Source: Zygnema circumcarinatum SAG 698-1b (lineage: Eukaryota; Plantae; Zygnematophyceae). Taken from it: a stretch of 64,000 nucleotides of DNA. The DNA is taken from positions 1,820,297 to 1,884,296 of the forward strand of contig CM074819.1 of assembly GCA_037447605.1 (NCBI GenBank), in the 5' to 3' direction. The notes beneath the pieces were generated by a model, which saw nothing but the letters and a program-made list of their open reading frames with translations, made no database searches and was not told the origin of the DNA. The translations under genes and the position numbers were made by a program. Of the stretch, positions 23,029 to 34,268 are shown in pieces (position 1 is the first letter of the stretch; every line of letters begins with the position of its first letter).

Positions 23029-25014
23029 ATGGAGGTGTTCGTGCTGGCGGGGCAGAGCAACATGGCGGGGAGGGGCGGCGTGGCGGGCGGGCGCTGGGAC
23101 GGGGTCACCCCCGCGGCGGGCCAGTATGAGAGAGGGACCGTCTGCAGGTCGGACCGACGCTCTGAACCCTAACCCTAACTCTGAATCCTAACTATGAAGC
23201 TTATCTCTGAACCCTAACTCTGAACCCTAACCCTAACGCTGACCCTAATCCTAACCCTGAACCCTAACTCTGAACCTTATCTCTGAACCCTAACTCTGAA
23301 CTCGAACTCTGAACCCTAGTGCCGAACCCTATTGCTGAACCGAACTTTGGGTCCTAATCCTAGTTCTGAACCCTAGTGCCAAACCCTAATTTTGAACCAT
23401 AATGCCGAACCTAGGACTAATTAATTAGGTCTAGGAGCCAAAGTCGAGTTCAGCATTAGGGTTAAGAATTAAGGTCAGGGGTCCAGAACTAGTGTGCAGC
23501 ATTAGGATTAAAAATTAGGATTAGGGGTTGCGAGTCAGGGTGTAGGGTTTGGAGTTAGGGTTAGGGGTTCAGAGTAGCCCTGTACTTAACTCTAACCCTA
23601 CTGCACCCTGACGCCAAATCTGACCCCCAAAACCAACACCATGCCTAAACCCAGCTTCCTGTCAAAACTCTAACTCTATTTTTTTTATCTTCCAGGTTTT
23701 CCTTTATTATGTTTTTTTTTTTTAAATCGCAGTGCATGTGGGCGCAGACTGAACGCCCAAATGGAGTGGGAGGAGGCCCACGAGCCCCTTCACGCTGACA
23801 TTGACACTGGTATGACCGCCCCGCCCTCTCCCTCTCTCTCCCTGTCTCCCTTTCCCCCTCTCTTCCCCTTCTCACTCGCTACCCTGTCCATATGAGTACA
23901 CCTTTTGCCTCTGAAGAATAACCCTTCCTCTAAACCACTCCCTTCCACTCTCCAATCTATCCCTCCCTCCGTCCGTCTTTTCAACCCCTCCCTCCCTCCC
24001 TCCTCNNNNNNNNNNCCCTCCCCTCCCTCCCCTCCCTCCCTCCAGGAAAGGCATGCGGCGTCGGCCCCGGCCTCGTCTTTGCCTCTGAGCTCCGCCGGCA
24101 GTGTGCGGAGGTCACGGGTTCAAGTCCTCCCGAAAGAATCGGCCTCATTCCGTGCGCTATTGGAGGGACCTCCATGAGGCAGTGGGAGAGAGAGGGCCCT
24201 CTCTACCACTCCCTGCGGGAGAGGACTTGGGCGGCCCTGCAGGGTGGGGGCACATTGAGGGCCATATTGTGGTATCAGGTAGGGACACATGTCATTATTA
24301 TTATTATTATTGTTTGTGATTATTATTAATATATTATGTTATATCATATTGATTTTTTGTTTTGTTTTAAATTTTAAACTTTATGTTTCGTACCTTTCCT
24401 GTAGGGGGAGAGCGACACCTCGACGGCTGAGCTGGCGGAGGAGTACAAATCCAAATTTGAGACATTTGTGAATAATGTACGGTTAGATCTTCAGCATCCG
24501 GAGCTCCCCATCATTCAGGTACGGACGGAGTTTCCATGCGATCTAGCTTCATCAAATTAAAGCTAAATCAAGTTTGACTTAAAAATGTGATTGCAATTTT
24601 GCTTAAATTTGCAGTTTTAGTTTCAACCTTTGGTTTGAACACTACCACTTGTTCACCGTTTTTCCCCCTCCCTCCCTCCCTCCCTCCCTCCNNNNNNNNN
24701 NCCCTCCCTCCCTCCCTCCCTCCCTCCCTCCCTCACTCCCTCCCTCCCTCTCCCTCCCTCCCTCCCTCCCTCTCTCCCTCTCTATGGGCCTGCAGGTTGG
24801 TGTCACGACGGGTGACCTCCCAACAACGAGGTATTTGGGACTGTTACGTGAGTCGCAACGGTCAGTTCAACTGAGAGGGGTGTTCTATGTGGACGCCTAC
24901 GGATTGGAGCTTCAAGCTGACCAGTTACACCTAACCATGGAATCGCAAGTTCAGTTAGGAACAAAATTGGCCTTGACTTATCTTACGGACGTGTTTCCGC
25001 ACCTCTGCAACTAG
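23029..25014 (+). CDS. SASA-domain carbohydrate esterase (CE6/At4g34215-like); exons approx. 23029-23147, 23748-23809, 24046-24278, 24404-24518, 24796-25014
   Basis: VFVLAGQSNMAGRGG, WEEAHEPLHADIDTGKACGVGPG, GLIPCAIGGT, ILWYQGESD, DQLHLT motifs. Confidence 0.92.
23160..23585. repeat. Fold-back of degenerate telomere-like repeats in esterase intron 1
   Basis: (TGAA)CCCTAA units on the left, TTAGGG/TTAGGA units on the right, near-palindromic centre CCTAGGACTAATTAATTAGGTCTAGG at about 23410-23435. Confidence 0.75.
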
Positions 25015-25561
25015 ATCGTGTTCTCTCTCTCGCTCTCCCTCTCCCTCTTCCTCTCCAGGTACGCACTTTGTAGGGCTTAGGGTTCAGGGTTTTAGGATTT
25101 CTTTTTCTTGAGGGAGAGGGAAAGGGAAAATATTTTGGGAAAGGTTATTGGGTTTTGAGATAAGGATTCGTTTCCCTTTCTTCTATGTCCTAACGAAATG
25201 AATTTTTTTGTGGCTTGAATGCAAAAGCAGCAATTAGGGTTTCTTTGCGCTGCAGTTTTCCGTTCTCAGTTAGTTACAGTTGGTGACAGTTACTGACAGT
25301 TCTGAATGATGTGACGCTCTGTGGAGGTGCCAGCTGGACTTCCAACTGCCAATCAGATTCGACCTGAAGTACAGTACGGACGAGGAGGGCGGCCAGAGGA
25401 GGCGGCCGGTACGTCGAACCTGGACACTTTTCGTCCGGTTCTGTGGGAATCTGCTTCAGTTACAGTTTTCAGTTCTATGCTGGTTCAGTTACAGAAACGC
25501 AGTTTAGGGTTTTAGCAGTGAGAGATGCACGGTTATCATGCCTGCCATGTGTTGCTGTAGC

Positions 25562-25591
25562 TCTCTTTCTCTCTCTCTCTCTCTGTCTCTC

Positions 25592-25684
<93 letters not shown>
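25562..25684. repeat. (CT)n microsatellite
   Basis: Directly visible. Confidence 0.95.
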
Positions 25685-25687
<3 letters not shown>

Positions 25688-26187
25688 ACTTTCACTCTTT
25701 CATTCCATTCTTTCTCCATTCTCACCTCCTTTGTCCTCGCCATTGTGGTCCCCGACTCCCTCCCTCCCTTTCTCCGCCTCCTAGTCCCTCTCACTGCCTT
25801 TGCCTCTCGCTCCCCTCCCTCTCCCTCGCCCTCTCCCTCCCCCTCTCCTCTCCCTCTCCCCTTCCTCTCCTCCCTCTCCCGTTTTCTCCCTCGCCTATCC
25901 CTCTCTCTCCACTCCCTCACCGGTCGACGGTTTCGTTAAGCGATGAAATCTTGGTTTCTTGTACCATATTATGACACGTCGTTCTATGTCAAAAAATCAT
26001 GAATTCAGTTTCATTAGGGAGGCATGAATGTGCTCCCTCTATCAAGTTTTGTAACTTATTCGACCTCTGAAATTTTGTTGCTCTCAATTTAGCAACTTGG
26101 AAACGTTCAGTGCGCCAAGTTCAGCATGTTCCGTGTGACTCCGTTCAGTTTCCCGACTTAAGAGCAGCATGGCTCAAGGCTCCTTTC

Positions 26188-26318
26188 AGTCTCCTTTCAG
26201 TTTAACAACAGCTTAACGCTAGTTAAACAATTGTTTAACGCCAGTTTAACAACAGTTTGATGCCACTTTAACAACAGTTTAACAACCGTTTCACGCCAAT
26301 TTAACGTCAGTTTAATGG
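26188..26318. repeat. 11-bp tandem repeat (CAGTTTAACAA/CAGTTTAACGC), about 12 degenerate units
   Basis: Directly visible. Confidence 0.8.
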
Positions 26319-28507
26319 CATTCTGATTGTCCTTCGACGGCTTTTCAACGGCTCTCCCGTTTCCAGTGTCGTGATTAGAAACGGTGGCCGGTGCTCCATG
26401 AACGGCCTTCCCGTTTCGTTTTGATTAACGGCGAAGTTCCATGCACGGCACGGGACAGCGTCGAAAATGAAGGTTCTGTGCTTCAAGCCCTTCGCCAATC
26501 TAGGGTTTTGCAGCAAGCTGCTAATCCCTAAAAGTACCGGCTACGACAAAGTGTACGAATCGTACGTGCCTGTACGAATTATCCGAAATGCCGTCGTACA
26601 AATACCGTACCGTCACGAGGAGGGAAAACTCCGTACTGGAAAACTATATGTTTCGTATTGTCGAACATGGAAGTGACGAAATTCTCAACAGGGACTGAGA
26701 TACTTCGCATAGAAATTGCAACTTCTTCAACCGCCGTACCGGTCAACCGCCGCGTTTTCACCGGCTTTTTGTCGTCGCGTGGACGGACGTCGTCGCTGAC
26801 GACAAAGTACTGCTGGCCGGGCACCGACCAAATGATCCATGGAACGCGCGGTCAGGAGGAGGCGGTTCCCAGCCGTCGCTTTCTGGAAAACTGAAAAACT
26901 GGCGGCTGGAAAGTTTGAAACTCGACGTTTTTGGTTTTTGAGGTTTTTTGCAATAACGTGTTAAGTAGATTTTCCGCTAGTAAGACAAAAATGTACGGTA
27001 GTCGGCTTCATCACCGAAAAATCTGCCACGTATGTAATTGCCTACGTTTCGAGACGCGATTGGACAATACTCAAACTAAACGACAAGGCACTCCGCATTA
27101 AAGTTCCAAGCAGCTTCTGATTTTTGTCGGATTGACACGTGTTGGTCAGTCATGTGGCGGCTTCCTGGTGACGTGTGGTTGTACGAATTTACTTCCTAAA
27201 ACGACAAAAAAGTACCGACTGTGGACAAAACGAAGGTCAGGGCAGGAAAAGTTTGAAACTATTTCTTGAGGACCACATTAGTTTCGGGCAGGGAAATAAA
27301 TGTCGACCCCTAAAACCCTGAAACCCTAAAACCCTAAAACCAGTTTTACAACTCTAAAACCCTAAACCCTAAATCCCTAAAACCCTGAAGCTGAAATTCT
27401 AGGGAAAGGACAACGCCATGTATTGATTCGCCCTGAAAGGGACTCTTCCAAATCCCTAAAATTTTGAAATCAGCCAATCAGACGGCCCCATTTGATTTTC
27501 AACCAGTCACAATTTGCCACGTGTCAGCTATTCAAGCTACAGATCGTCAGCCAGGCGGTGATTTTGTCGCATGGGGCGCATAGTAGATGTCGTCGACCGT
27601 ACCTCATTTTGTATGTCCATTCAAAATTTTGCTCCATTGAAAGCAACCGCCAATCGCAACATGCCACGTAATGTTTCTAAACGACGTGGCGATCTCTGAT
27701 TGGTCGGTCATTGCTTAACTCCAATTCGGTTGGCCTCTCAACCGCCACCGTGGTCCTGGGCGGGCGGCCGTCTTGTCGCTTTCACCCGGCATCACATTCG
27801 GCGGTTAATCCAACCGCCACGCGTTTGTCGGTGTTAACGACGACAAGATTCATGTTCAATATTAGTCCAAGGATTGCCGCCGCCGCAGCGCCACGTGCCA
27901 TGTCAGGATATCTCGCGCTCCGTTCGACGACAAACATCACCCCTTCCTGGGGACGGGCGGAGATAGGGGAGGGAGAGAGAGAGGGGGAGGGAGAGAGAGG
28001 GGGAGGGAGAATGAGAGGGCGAGAGTGAGTGAGAAAGAGAGTGAGAGAGAGGAGTAAACGTAGTGCAGAGAGCAAATTAACTCTAAATTTACTACCTCCC
28101 CTCTCTCGCTCCCTCCATCTCACTCACTACTTGCTGCTCTCGTCGCCCTCTCTCACTCGTTTCTCCCTCCCACCGTCTATCTCTCTCTGCCCCTCTCACT
28201 CACCAGTTGCCTCCCTCTCTCTCCCTCTCCAGCCACTCTGTCTCTCTCTCTCTTCTCCCCTCCCTCCCCCTCTTCATTCGAAAAAGAGAAACTGCTGGCC
28301 AAGGAAGGGCGACTAGCTGCCTATGCGAACCTTCCAGGAAGCTACTTCGAACTAATTGTCCCCTCCCCTCCCCTCCCAAACAAATAAATTTCACTTATAG
28401 CCTCTAAAGATTTTAATCCCATTTTTGCGAGCTTAAGACATTCCTTTTTTTCCAATTCCAAACAGTTTAACAGTCAGTGAATTTCAGTTCTACGGTTAAC
28501 GGAGCAC

Positions 28508-30758
28508 ATGCAGAAGACAGGCAGCATTGTACGGTCGCCGACCGTACTGAAGAACATAGAAACTCTCTCGGAGCTTTCTCATCTTGGCGACCATGGAAAG
28601 GCCTGGACTTGGCTCGACCTGAAGGTGAAATTCGCCTACCTCTATACCTCTCTCCCTCTCCCTCCCTCTCCCTCCCTCTCCCTCTCTTATATTGTCTCTA
28701 GCATCTCCTCTCTCTCCCCCTCTTCCTTGTAGTCTCCCTCCGTCACTTGTTTCTGACTCTCCCTTCTCGGCTGTCCCTCTCCCTCCTTTCCTCCCTCTCT
28801 CACTCCCTCCTCCCCTCTCCCTCTTTCTCTCTCTTCCCCCTCTTTTCTTTATTTTCTTGCGAAAAGACTTTTCCTCATAATTCATAAAAACCCCTCTTCT
28901 TTAAACCTCTTCGCTTTCTCTTTTCTCTCCTCCAATGCCTTCACCTGAACCCTCGTCTCACATCTCCCATCCCTCCCTTCTCCTCTCGTGCTGCCACGTG
29001 TCCCTCTGACAGCCCATCCTCCTCGCGCCACTTGTCATCGCCATGCTCTTCGTTTGGGCCCTCCAAAATTTTACTTCGACCACTTCCCATATTTGGCTCT
29101 TTCCTGAAAACCCAATTGCAAGAATCTGTCTCGAACTCGCCGCAACTTTGCTCATATTCAGTCTCTGTGCTCTTCTTCTGAGAAAATTGGGCTGCTTTCG
29201 ACTCGATTTCGTGCTCCGACTACCCGTTCCATGTCAGTTCAGTTGCAGTTTACTTCTCTCCCTAAGCCACCTCCGCCAAAGCTTGCAATGGGGCGTCCGA
29301 CATCTGCAGAATGGGAGTCCCAAATTGAAATTAGTTTCCGAAAAGAGTACCCTTCAAACGGATTGGGGGAGCGAAAACTCTATGTACGAGCATCGCAGAG
29401 AGAGTGTTTTTGACTCACCTTCGAGACGAAAGTCGGCGACTCCCAAAAGCTTGTCCCATTCTGACTCGCTTGTTTCTATCTCCCTTAGCGAAGATTGTCT
29501 CCCCAAAGTTCCGACTCTCGGTGTTCAAGTATACTCTAATGGAGACATATACGAAGGCGAATTTTTTGATGATAAATTTTTGGGTAAAGGGGTCTACTAT
29601 TTTGGAAAACGCGGTCGGTATGAAGGGGAGTGGGTCGATGGAAAGTATGAAGGACTTGGGATAGAAATGTGGCGAAGGGGAAATCGATACCGAGGTCAAT
29701 ACAAGCGAGGGTTCAGGGAGGGGTATGGTCAGTACCGATTCTATACAGGAGATGTTTTTTCTGGTCAATGGTCGCATGGGCAGGCTCATGGCATAGGCAT
29801 GCAGAAGAATGTCGATGGGAACCAGTACTTGGGAGAGTTCGCATGGGGAGCCAAACATGGGGTTGGAAAGTACTCATTCAGGTGAGAGCCTCCTCTTTGG
29901 TTTGTTCACACCAGTTGGAAACTCTCATGTTAAACGTTTTTCTGTCTGTTTTCTTTAAGTGACTATCCCATTATTTTTCCTGTGTGAAAACAACTAACAT
30001 TACTGTTGTGGGGTGCTTTCATTTTTGTTTTGGGGGAAGCAGCAATGGAGATGTCTATTATGGAGAATATTTTGGAGATAGAGTACATGGGTATGGAGTG
30101 TATGAATTTGCAAATGGGCATCGCTACGAAGGAGCGTGGCATGAAGGAAGGAAGCAGGGTTTAGGGCTTTACACATTTAAGGGCGGGGAGACCCGGGGAG
30201 GGTATTGGAATAACGGTATGCTTCAATTGGGCAGCACAGACTGCAATGGGAGCCGCTCTCCCTCTGCCATCTCCCACGCATGCGTGCTGCTTGTGGCACA
30301 GGTCAGTTTCAGTTCTGCTACAGTGATTGCTCCTTCTCTTCTAATTCTATGATGTCCTTGTCTATGTATGTGATGAAGGCATCATACGTTTGTACTGGAC
30401 ATGCATATGTAGTGAAGATGCTTTGATTTGAAGTACATAGTACGCTTGCCTTTCCTGAAAACCTGACCCTCTCTATCCCTCTCTCTCCGTCTCTCTACTT
30501 TATCTTATGTGTAAGCCTAGACTGGACTATCAAGAAACATGATTTTGAGAATGCCATAGTTTTCTATTTCTAAGGGGTAATATACTATGCTTTCCGCAGG
30601 AAGCCCAGCGAGCTGCAGAGAAGGCTCGCATACTGAAGCTGGACGAGGGGTTCTTGGAAATGGCCATAACTGGAGCCAAGTCTGCAGCAGCCGCAGCTCG
30701 GGCCTTAGCAGTGAAAGCATCAACTTCACAACTGTTCTGCAAAGAAGGGGTCGACTAA
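28508..30758 (+). CDS. Membrane-anchored MORN-repeat protein; exons approx. 28508-28624, 29013-29881, 30043-30301, 30600-30758
   Basis: Tandem MORN repeats (YSNGDIYEGEF, YEGEWVDGKYEGLG, YRGQYKRGFREGYG, YEGAWHEGRKQGLG), two N-terminal hydrophobic segments, Ala-rich C-terminus typical of plant MORN proteins. Exon 1 inferred from an in-phase splice. Confidence 0.88.
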
Positions 30759-31852
30759 TGATTCCCTGCCACCTGTGTATATCATCCCGTTCCTTAAGCT
30801 CACGTTTCAATTTCAGTTCCAATTTCAGTTTCAGTTTCAGTTTCAGTTTCAGTTTCAGTTTCTTCAATAACCTGCATCCGTGGAGGAAGAAGATTGCTGC
30901 ATGACACATGGGAGAAGACACGGAAACCAGGAAGTTGGAGCCAAAAGACCCTATTCCTCGTCAAATTTCAACCTCTCTCTCACCTACTCTCTCTCCCTCC
31001 GTCCCTCCATCCTCTCCCACTTCGCTTGGTGATGTCGTATGCGAGTGTGATCAGTTCAAGAGCTCAAGTTCTGAATTCTCTGAAAATCCTAAAGTCTGCA
31101 GCTGCTGCAGCAACAGGTTTAATTCCCGCGCTTTCAGCTGAATAAGCTCATCAGAAGCATGTACCTTTTCCTTCTAAAACTTCGCGGAGATAGTGCAGCT
31201 TTGTCTAAGTACAGCCATGTCATGTCACATCATGGCATGATTTTTCAGAGGCTCGATGTATCATTGTACCATACGAGTGTTGTACATTAGATCTCGCCCT
31301 AGGGCAGGAAAGCTGTGAGAATAAGATTTCAGCTGCTGTGGAGGTGGTAGTGATTGGTGTTTGAAGCGAAATAAGCTAGATACACTTTTGAGATCCGCTT
31401 CTGGGATTCACTTTCGGGAGTTAGAACTACTGTCCTAGCTCCCTCTGAAGAAATTACCTCCTAAACAGACATGTACCTTATCTCTCTTCTCTGTATCAGA
31501 AAACACATAACTCTGTAACATATTGGACTAAGATCCATCACAAAGATTGTTTGTTCATTGAATCTTGGCCTTGTAAAGCAGGTCCTGCAGGTTTACTGTG
31601 CGGTTATGTACAGTATGTACAAAGGGTGATCACCTACTGCCTTCTAGAAACTGAGTCTTGGAAAAAGAAAGAGAAACAAATGTCTTGCGGAAGGGCAATC
31701 GTCATGAATGGCCATCATCATGGACTTGTTACAAGTATATGCGAAAGACCAAAGTTTGAGCGATTGCTTGTTGAAGGATGCCTTGAGCTCTTGAAGAAGG
31801 TTTCAGACGTTCTTCACATCAGTCCTCAGTAAGCTTTGAAGTCTCCTTCACA

Positions 31853-32399
31853 TCAGTCAGGCCAGGGCCCTTCTCCATCGAAATAAAGGGGACGAGCCAC
31901 TTCAGACATGTTAAGAAGTTGAATAGCTGGCTCTGCTGCCCTATTTGCGAAAGCATTAGTATCTTCCTCCTGTATCCCAGTATGTGATGATATCGACTGT
32001 ACTTCCAGAGAGCATCCACTGGTTGGTGTTTGATCATCCTTCCTGCATCCAAAACTAAAACCAAAAATCAGTTGATTGAAGAAAGTCTAACGGAGTAGAA
32101 AGGTTTGGACAATATCCTGCTCGTGGAAAAGGTAGCACTTCTGGTACAAGTTAACAGAATTCGAACATGTGGACAAACAATTAGAGTTTTAATCTTTGAA
32201 TCTTATACGACAAGAATGGCCAAAGAGGCAAAGGCAGAATGACGGATAGTACCATGCGAAAGAAAAAGCGAAGAAGGTATAAAAAAACGATGTCCGCACG
32301 AGTCCCAAAGAAGCAAGCACGAAACAAAGGAGAATACACTGGAATCTAACAGAACAAGCTACCAAGGCGCAACCAAAAAGCAATCGAGAAGCAGGCAAG

Positions 32400-32447
<48 letters not shown>

Positions 32448-32702
32448 AAGCAATATAGCAAGCAGAAAACTACTTCAGACGACATTCAAGAAGAGGATGT
32501 AAACGGAGGCTACAAGTTGAAAATCCAAGCCTTGCTTTATGCTTCCTAGGTCCTACCTGTTCCCCTCTTCTACTCGGGCAGGCAGAGATCCATGGCGCCC
32601 TCCCTGCTCCTCGCTGACATCAGGCTCAGACTTTTCTCCAAGCGTTGGGAGAATGGTCTCAGCATTGACACTTCCTTTCTTCTCTTCCCTCTCTTTCTGC
32701 AT
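31853..32702 (-). CDS. Possible small two-exon orphan protein (111 aa; exons 32702-32557, 32042-31853)
   Basis: MQKEREEKKGSV...EEGNR spliced in phase 2 (AG|GTAGGA ... TGCAG|G) to KDDQTPT...RPLYFDGEGPWPD*; no recognisable family. Confidence 0.35.
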
Positions 32703-33658
32703 GTCAGCGCCTTCAGCAGCCTCCGTCGGCGAAAGGCTTCCAAGAGGAAGTACTCTCCCTCTTACAATCGGTTTAGGAAGTCGATTATTTGCAACAAATC
32801 AGGCTCTTTCTCTCTCTCACTCTGTCTCCCTCTCTGTCTCTATCTTACTCTCTCCTTCTCTCTGACTGTCTTACCAGTTAGAAGAACAAGCTGTTGATTA
32901 TTCGAACAAGATTACTGTCTGCTTAAAGGTGCTGCCTAGAACTTGAAGATCACTTTTCGTGCACACGTATGCACTTTTCTCGACGTATTGGTTTGAAGAA
33001 ACTTCGTTTGGCAGGCTTTTATAATCTGGTTAAAAGATCTAGCAGCTTCTATTGTATTATAGCTGGAAGGGATGGGGCAACTTTTGCTTTTATGATTTTT
33101 TTATTTTTATTTTTGTTTTGATCAATGCCCGATCCCCCCCCCCCCCGCTTTTCCGGCGTGCAGTTGCACAACAAAACTTTTGGAGCTTTGGGAAACTTGG
33201 AAACTCCAAACCCTGTCGACTCGGTTTCTGGTTTTCCGACTCGCAGGATTTCTCCAAAACTTCTTTCAAAATTGACGTTTTAGCCAATGTAAGCGCGCCA
33301 CGTAGACAGAATGAACACGTGTCGATTTTCCATTGGAAAAGACCACATTTCGCAATAGCCAAAAAACAGGGCTTTCCGAACATGAAAAAACGAAAATAGG
33401 AAAACATGGAAGCGTACGAACCAAAACTAGTACGTACATTTTACATTATACCTCACAGGAGCTTAATACAGAGTACTTATTCTGAAAAATCTTTCGTAGA
33501 AAAAAGAGGTAGTGTGCCATACAGACTGCTCCCTGTACGAATTTGTACAACTTGCACCAACAGAAAACCACCTGCTCAATCGTACAACTCAAACATGCGA
33601 GTCGTACGGCAGACTTGCCTGCCTGCAGGACGAGAAAAATTGGAAGTTAAAAAGTGTT

Positions 33659-33920
33659 CAATTTTTGCGCCCTCTTTTGAGTGCACTTTGGAGCGAGGGC
33701 TCCATTGACGGATCATAGGCCAATCACGGATGTCGTAATTTATGACGTGGCAAGGTGTGATTGGCTGGGGATCGGTCACAGGTGGAAGCGAACTTTCAAT
33801 TTTTTGCGCCTTGTGAGCGCGCGCACTTTGGAGCGAGGCCTCCATAAAAGACGGACCATGGGCCAATCACGGATCGCCACGTGTCTAAAGTCTGACATGG
33901 CAAGGTGTGATTGGCTGGGA
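33659..33920 (+). promoter_or_regulatory. Tandemly duplicated approx. 120-bp module upstream of TONSOKU with CCAAT, G-box-like and ATTGG motifs
   Basis: CAATTTTTGCGCC...GCACTTTGGAGCGAGG...GGCCAATCACGGAT...TGGCAAGGTGTGATTGGCTGGG occurs at 33659-33770 and 33798-33920. Confidence 0.6.
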
Positions 33921-34268
33921 ATTAGGCACAGTGGAGGGAGGCTTGTAAGCAGAAGCTCAAGCTTCAAGTTCAAGCACAAGCTCAAGCATCCAGGAGCCAT
34001 GGAGGAGGCCATACAAACCCTAAAATAAAAAAAACTAATATGTCCAATATTTCTGCTGCTGCTGCTCTCCCTCTGGAATTTTGCTCTTTCAAAAGAATTT
34101 CTGCAGTAAATATTATTTTTTGGATCGGTTTCTCGCGCCTCTGGAAAGGAAAGGAGGAAGGCCAGCTCAATTGCATGATTGGGTGGTGTTCATAAGGTTG
34201 CGCTGCATACATAGCAGCAAGAGAAAAGCGGAAACAAGCTTTTTTTTTTCGTCGGAAGAAATTTCTGC

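Noticed and set aside
25939-26070. Possible box C/D snoRNA (CGATGA...CTGA)
   Set aside because: Box C is imperfect, with no terminal stem or recognisable rRNA antisense element.
30894-31145. Short ORFs downstream of the MORN stop, after (TTTCAG)n
   Set aside because: No family signal; more simply 3'UTR, though the TTTCAG repeats resemble acceptors.
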